Shown here: piece by piece, positions 62,816 to 64,000 of the stretch
Position numbering within the stretch: the first letter of the stretch is position 1
How the letters are laid out: each line of letters opens with the position of its first letter
Notes under the pieces: generated by a model
Told to the model about the DNA's origin: nothing
Database searches by the model: none
Seen by the model: only the letters and a program-made list of their open reading frames with translations
Assembly (NCBI GenBank): GCA_023920165.1
Contig: CP089277.1
Span: 248,001-312,000 of the forward strand
Direction: 5' to 3'
Origin: Curvularia clavata
Taxonomy: Eukaryota
Length of the DNA stretch: 64,000 nt
Position numbers and translations under genes: made by a program

Positions 62816-64000
62816 TTGGGCCCTTACATCATCTTCATGTAACAAATCTTTTGGTAGTTTTTTCGACTACATGCTTTGCTTTTAGTCCATTGGACATGAT
62901 ATTTGTTGCGTTCGAGCGTGCATTCTATGGGACGGTACTCTGCTGGCCAATCGCTTTGGCTAACGGGAGGATTTCTTTTTGTCGCATCATAGCATCCTTC
63001 GGCGTTATTGGTTGCATCTTATCGAGCCTGTCTAAACAGGCCAAGTATTACATGAAGAGTCTTTATGAATGGCGTTCCAGGCTGAGCAACACTCCTGGGC
63101 GCAAATTATGAGCATCACAGTGGGTTAGCCACTATAAAAACAATTAGTGTATCTTGATGAACATGTAATTGAAAAGATCGCTTGCCTTTGGTTTCTTGTG
63201 GTTGCTGAGTGATGAAGACATTTCGTTGATGTAGCACTGGGCTAGGATTGGTCAATCCTCAGCTGTGTATCCGTGACTGTTGGCTAATAGTGATCTCGTC
63301 TCAAGATTTATGGAAATGTTTCGATTGCCTCTTTCACTTGGTCAATACTTGCTTAGTCGAATATTTTGCTAGAAAGTGGAAGACGTAGTCAAGAATTGGT
63401 AACAAAAGTATACAGTGAATTCACGGAATTTAAGGTACATTGGTCAACTAGAGAAAAATAGAATGCGATGTAGATATTATCAAGGATGAGACTGCAAAAG
63501 ACACACCCTATAGGTCGTTAATAATCTGGTACGGAAGACAGCAAGATCAGATGGCTATAGAGATGATAAGAACGTTTGCCTCTACTATTGAATTCAGTAG
63601 TGGAAAAATAATGGAGTTGAACGTGTGAATAAATCATGATAATTCTATGCCCATTTTTAAGCCGCCACCATGTCTGTACGAAACCATGTAATCCTTTTCA
63701 CTCTAGGCCAACATCTCCAATTATTTTTTCAATACAAGTAATAAAAAGTTGTCTGAACGATTTAACTATGTAGTGATGCGCTCAACCAAAGTGGGTCAGC
63801 CCTACGCACGCCAAGCCACTCGCTGCAGCCGCGGTATCGCGTTCGCGGTCAACTTCTCTCGCTCCATCTACACTGCTTTGCGCGCCACGCCAACAATTCT
63901 CCGCCATGCCTCCGCCAAACAAGAAACTCACGGCACAGCCAGTGCGCACGCGCATATTCGCCGGAAAGCCACAGGCCACCGTACCCGAAGAGCAATCGAG

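Noticed and set aside
1..64000. CRISPR arrays, rRNA, intact transposons, or secondary-metabolite backbone genes (PKS/NRPS)
   Set aside because: No repeat-spacer arrays, rRNA motifs, transposase or reverse-transcriptase ORFs, or synthase domains were seen.

Overview
Eukaryotic genomic DNA from a filamentous ascomycete (Pezizomycotina; gene content suggests Dothideomycetes/Pleosporales, which is an inference). It has short GT-AG introns with CTRAC branch points. I reconstructed 21 well-supported gene models by hand, plus one tentative micro-ORF; all spliced lengths are multiples of 3. In order: multi-domain CE4 deacetylase, DUF427 protein, GT31, GH131, CAF16-like ABC ATPase, F-box protein, Zn-alcohol dehydrogenase, BTB protein, small secreted Cys-rich protein, BLTP2/FMP27, GTPBP1-like GTPase, IDO-family dioxygenase, Rnl2-like RNA ligase, GPI fasciclin, Zn2Cys6 factor, two DUF7730-like paralogs flanking a secreted GDPD, Rid-family protein, mitoribosomal uL15m and a Pho85-type cyclin. 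Most notable: (1) an intronless T4-Rnl2-type RNA ligase with all catalytic motifs; (2) a 120-aa Kex2-processed, 8-Cys effector-like gene that the ORF track misses; (3) a ~210-nt Y-shaped foldback element with Pol III B-box-like motifs and strand-specific G-U pairs; (4) two in-frame uORFs ending in stop-CTA before the cyclin; (5) a PAM2-motif micro-ORF. No CRISPR array, rRNA, intact tRNA or intact transposon was seen. All family calls come from motif recognition, not database searches.
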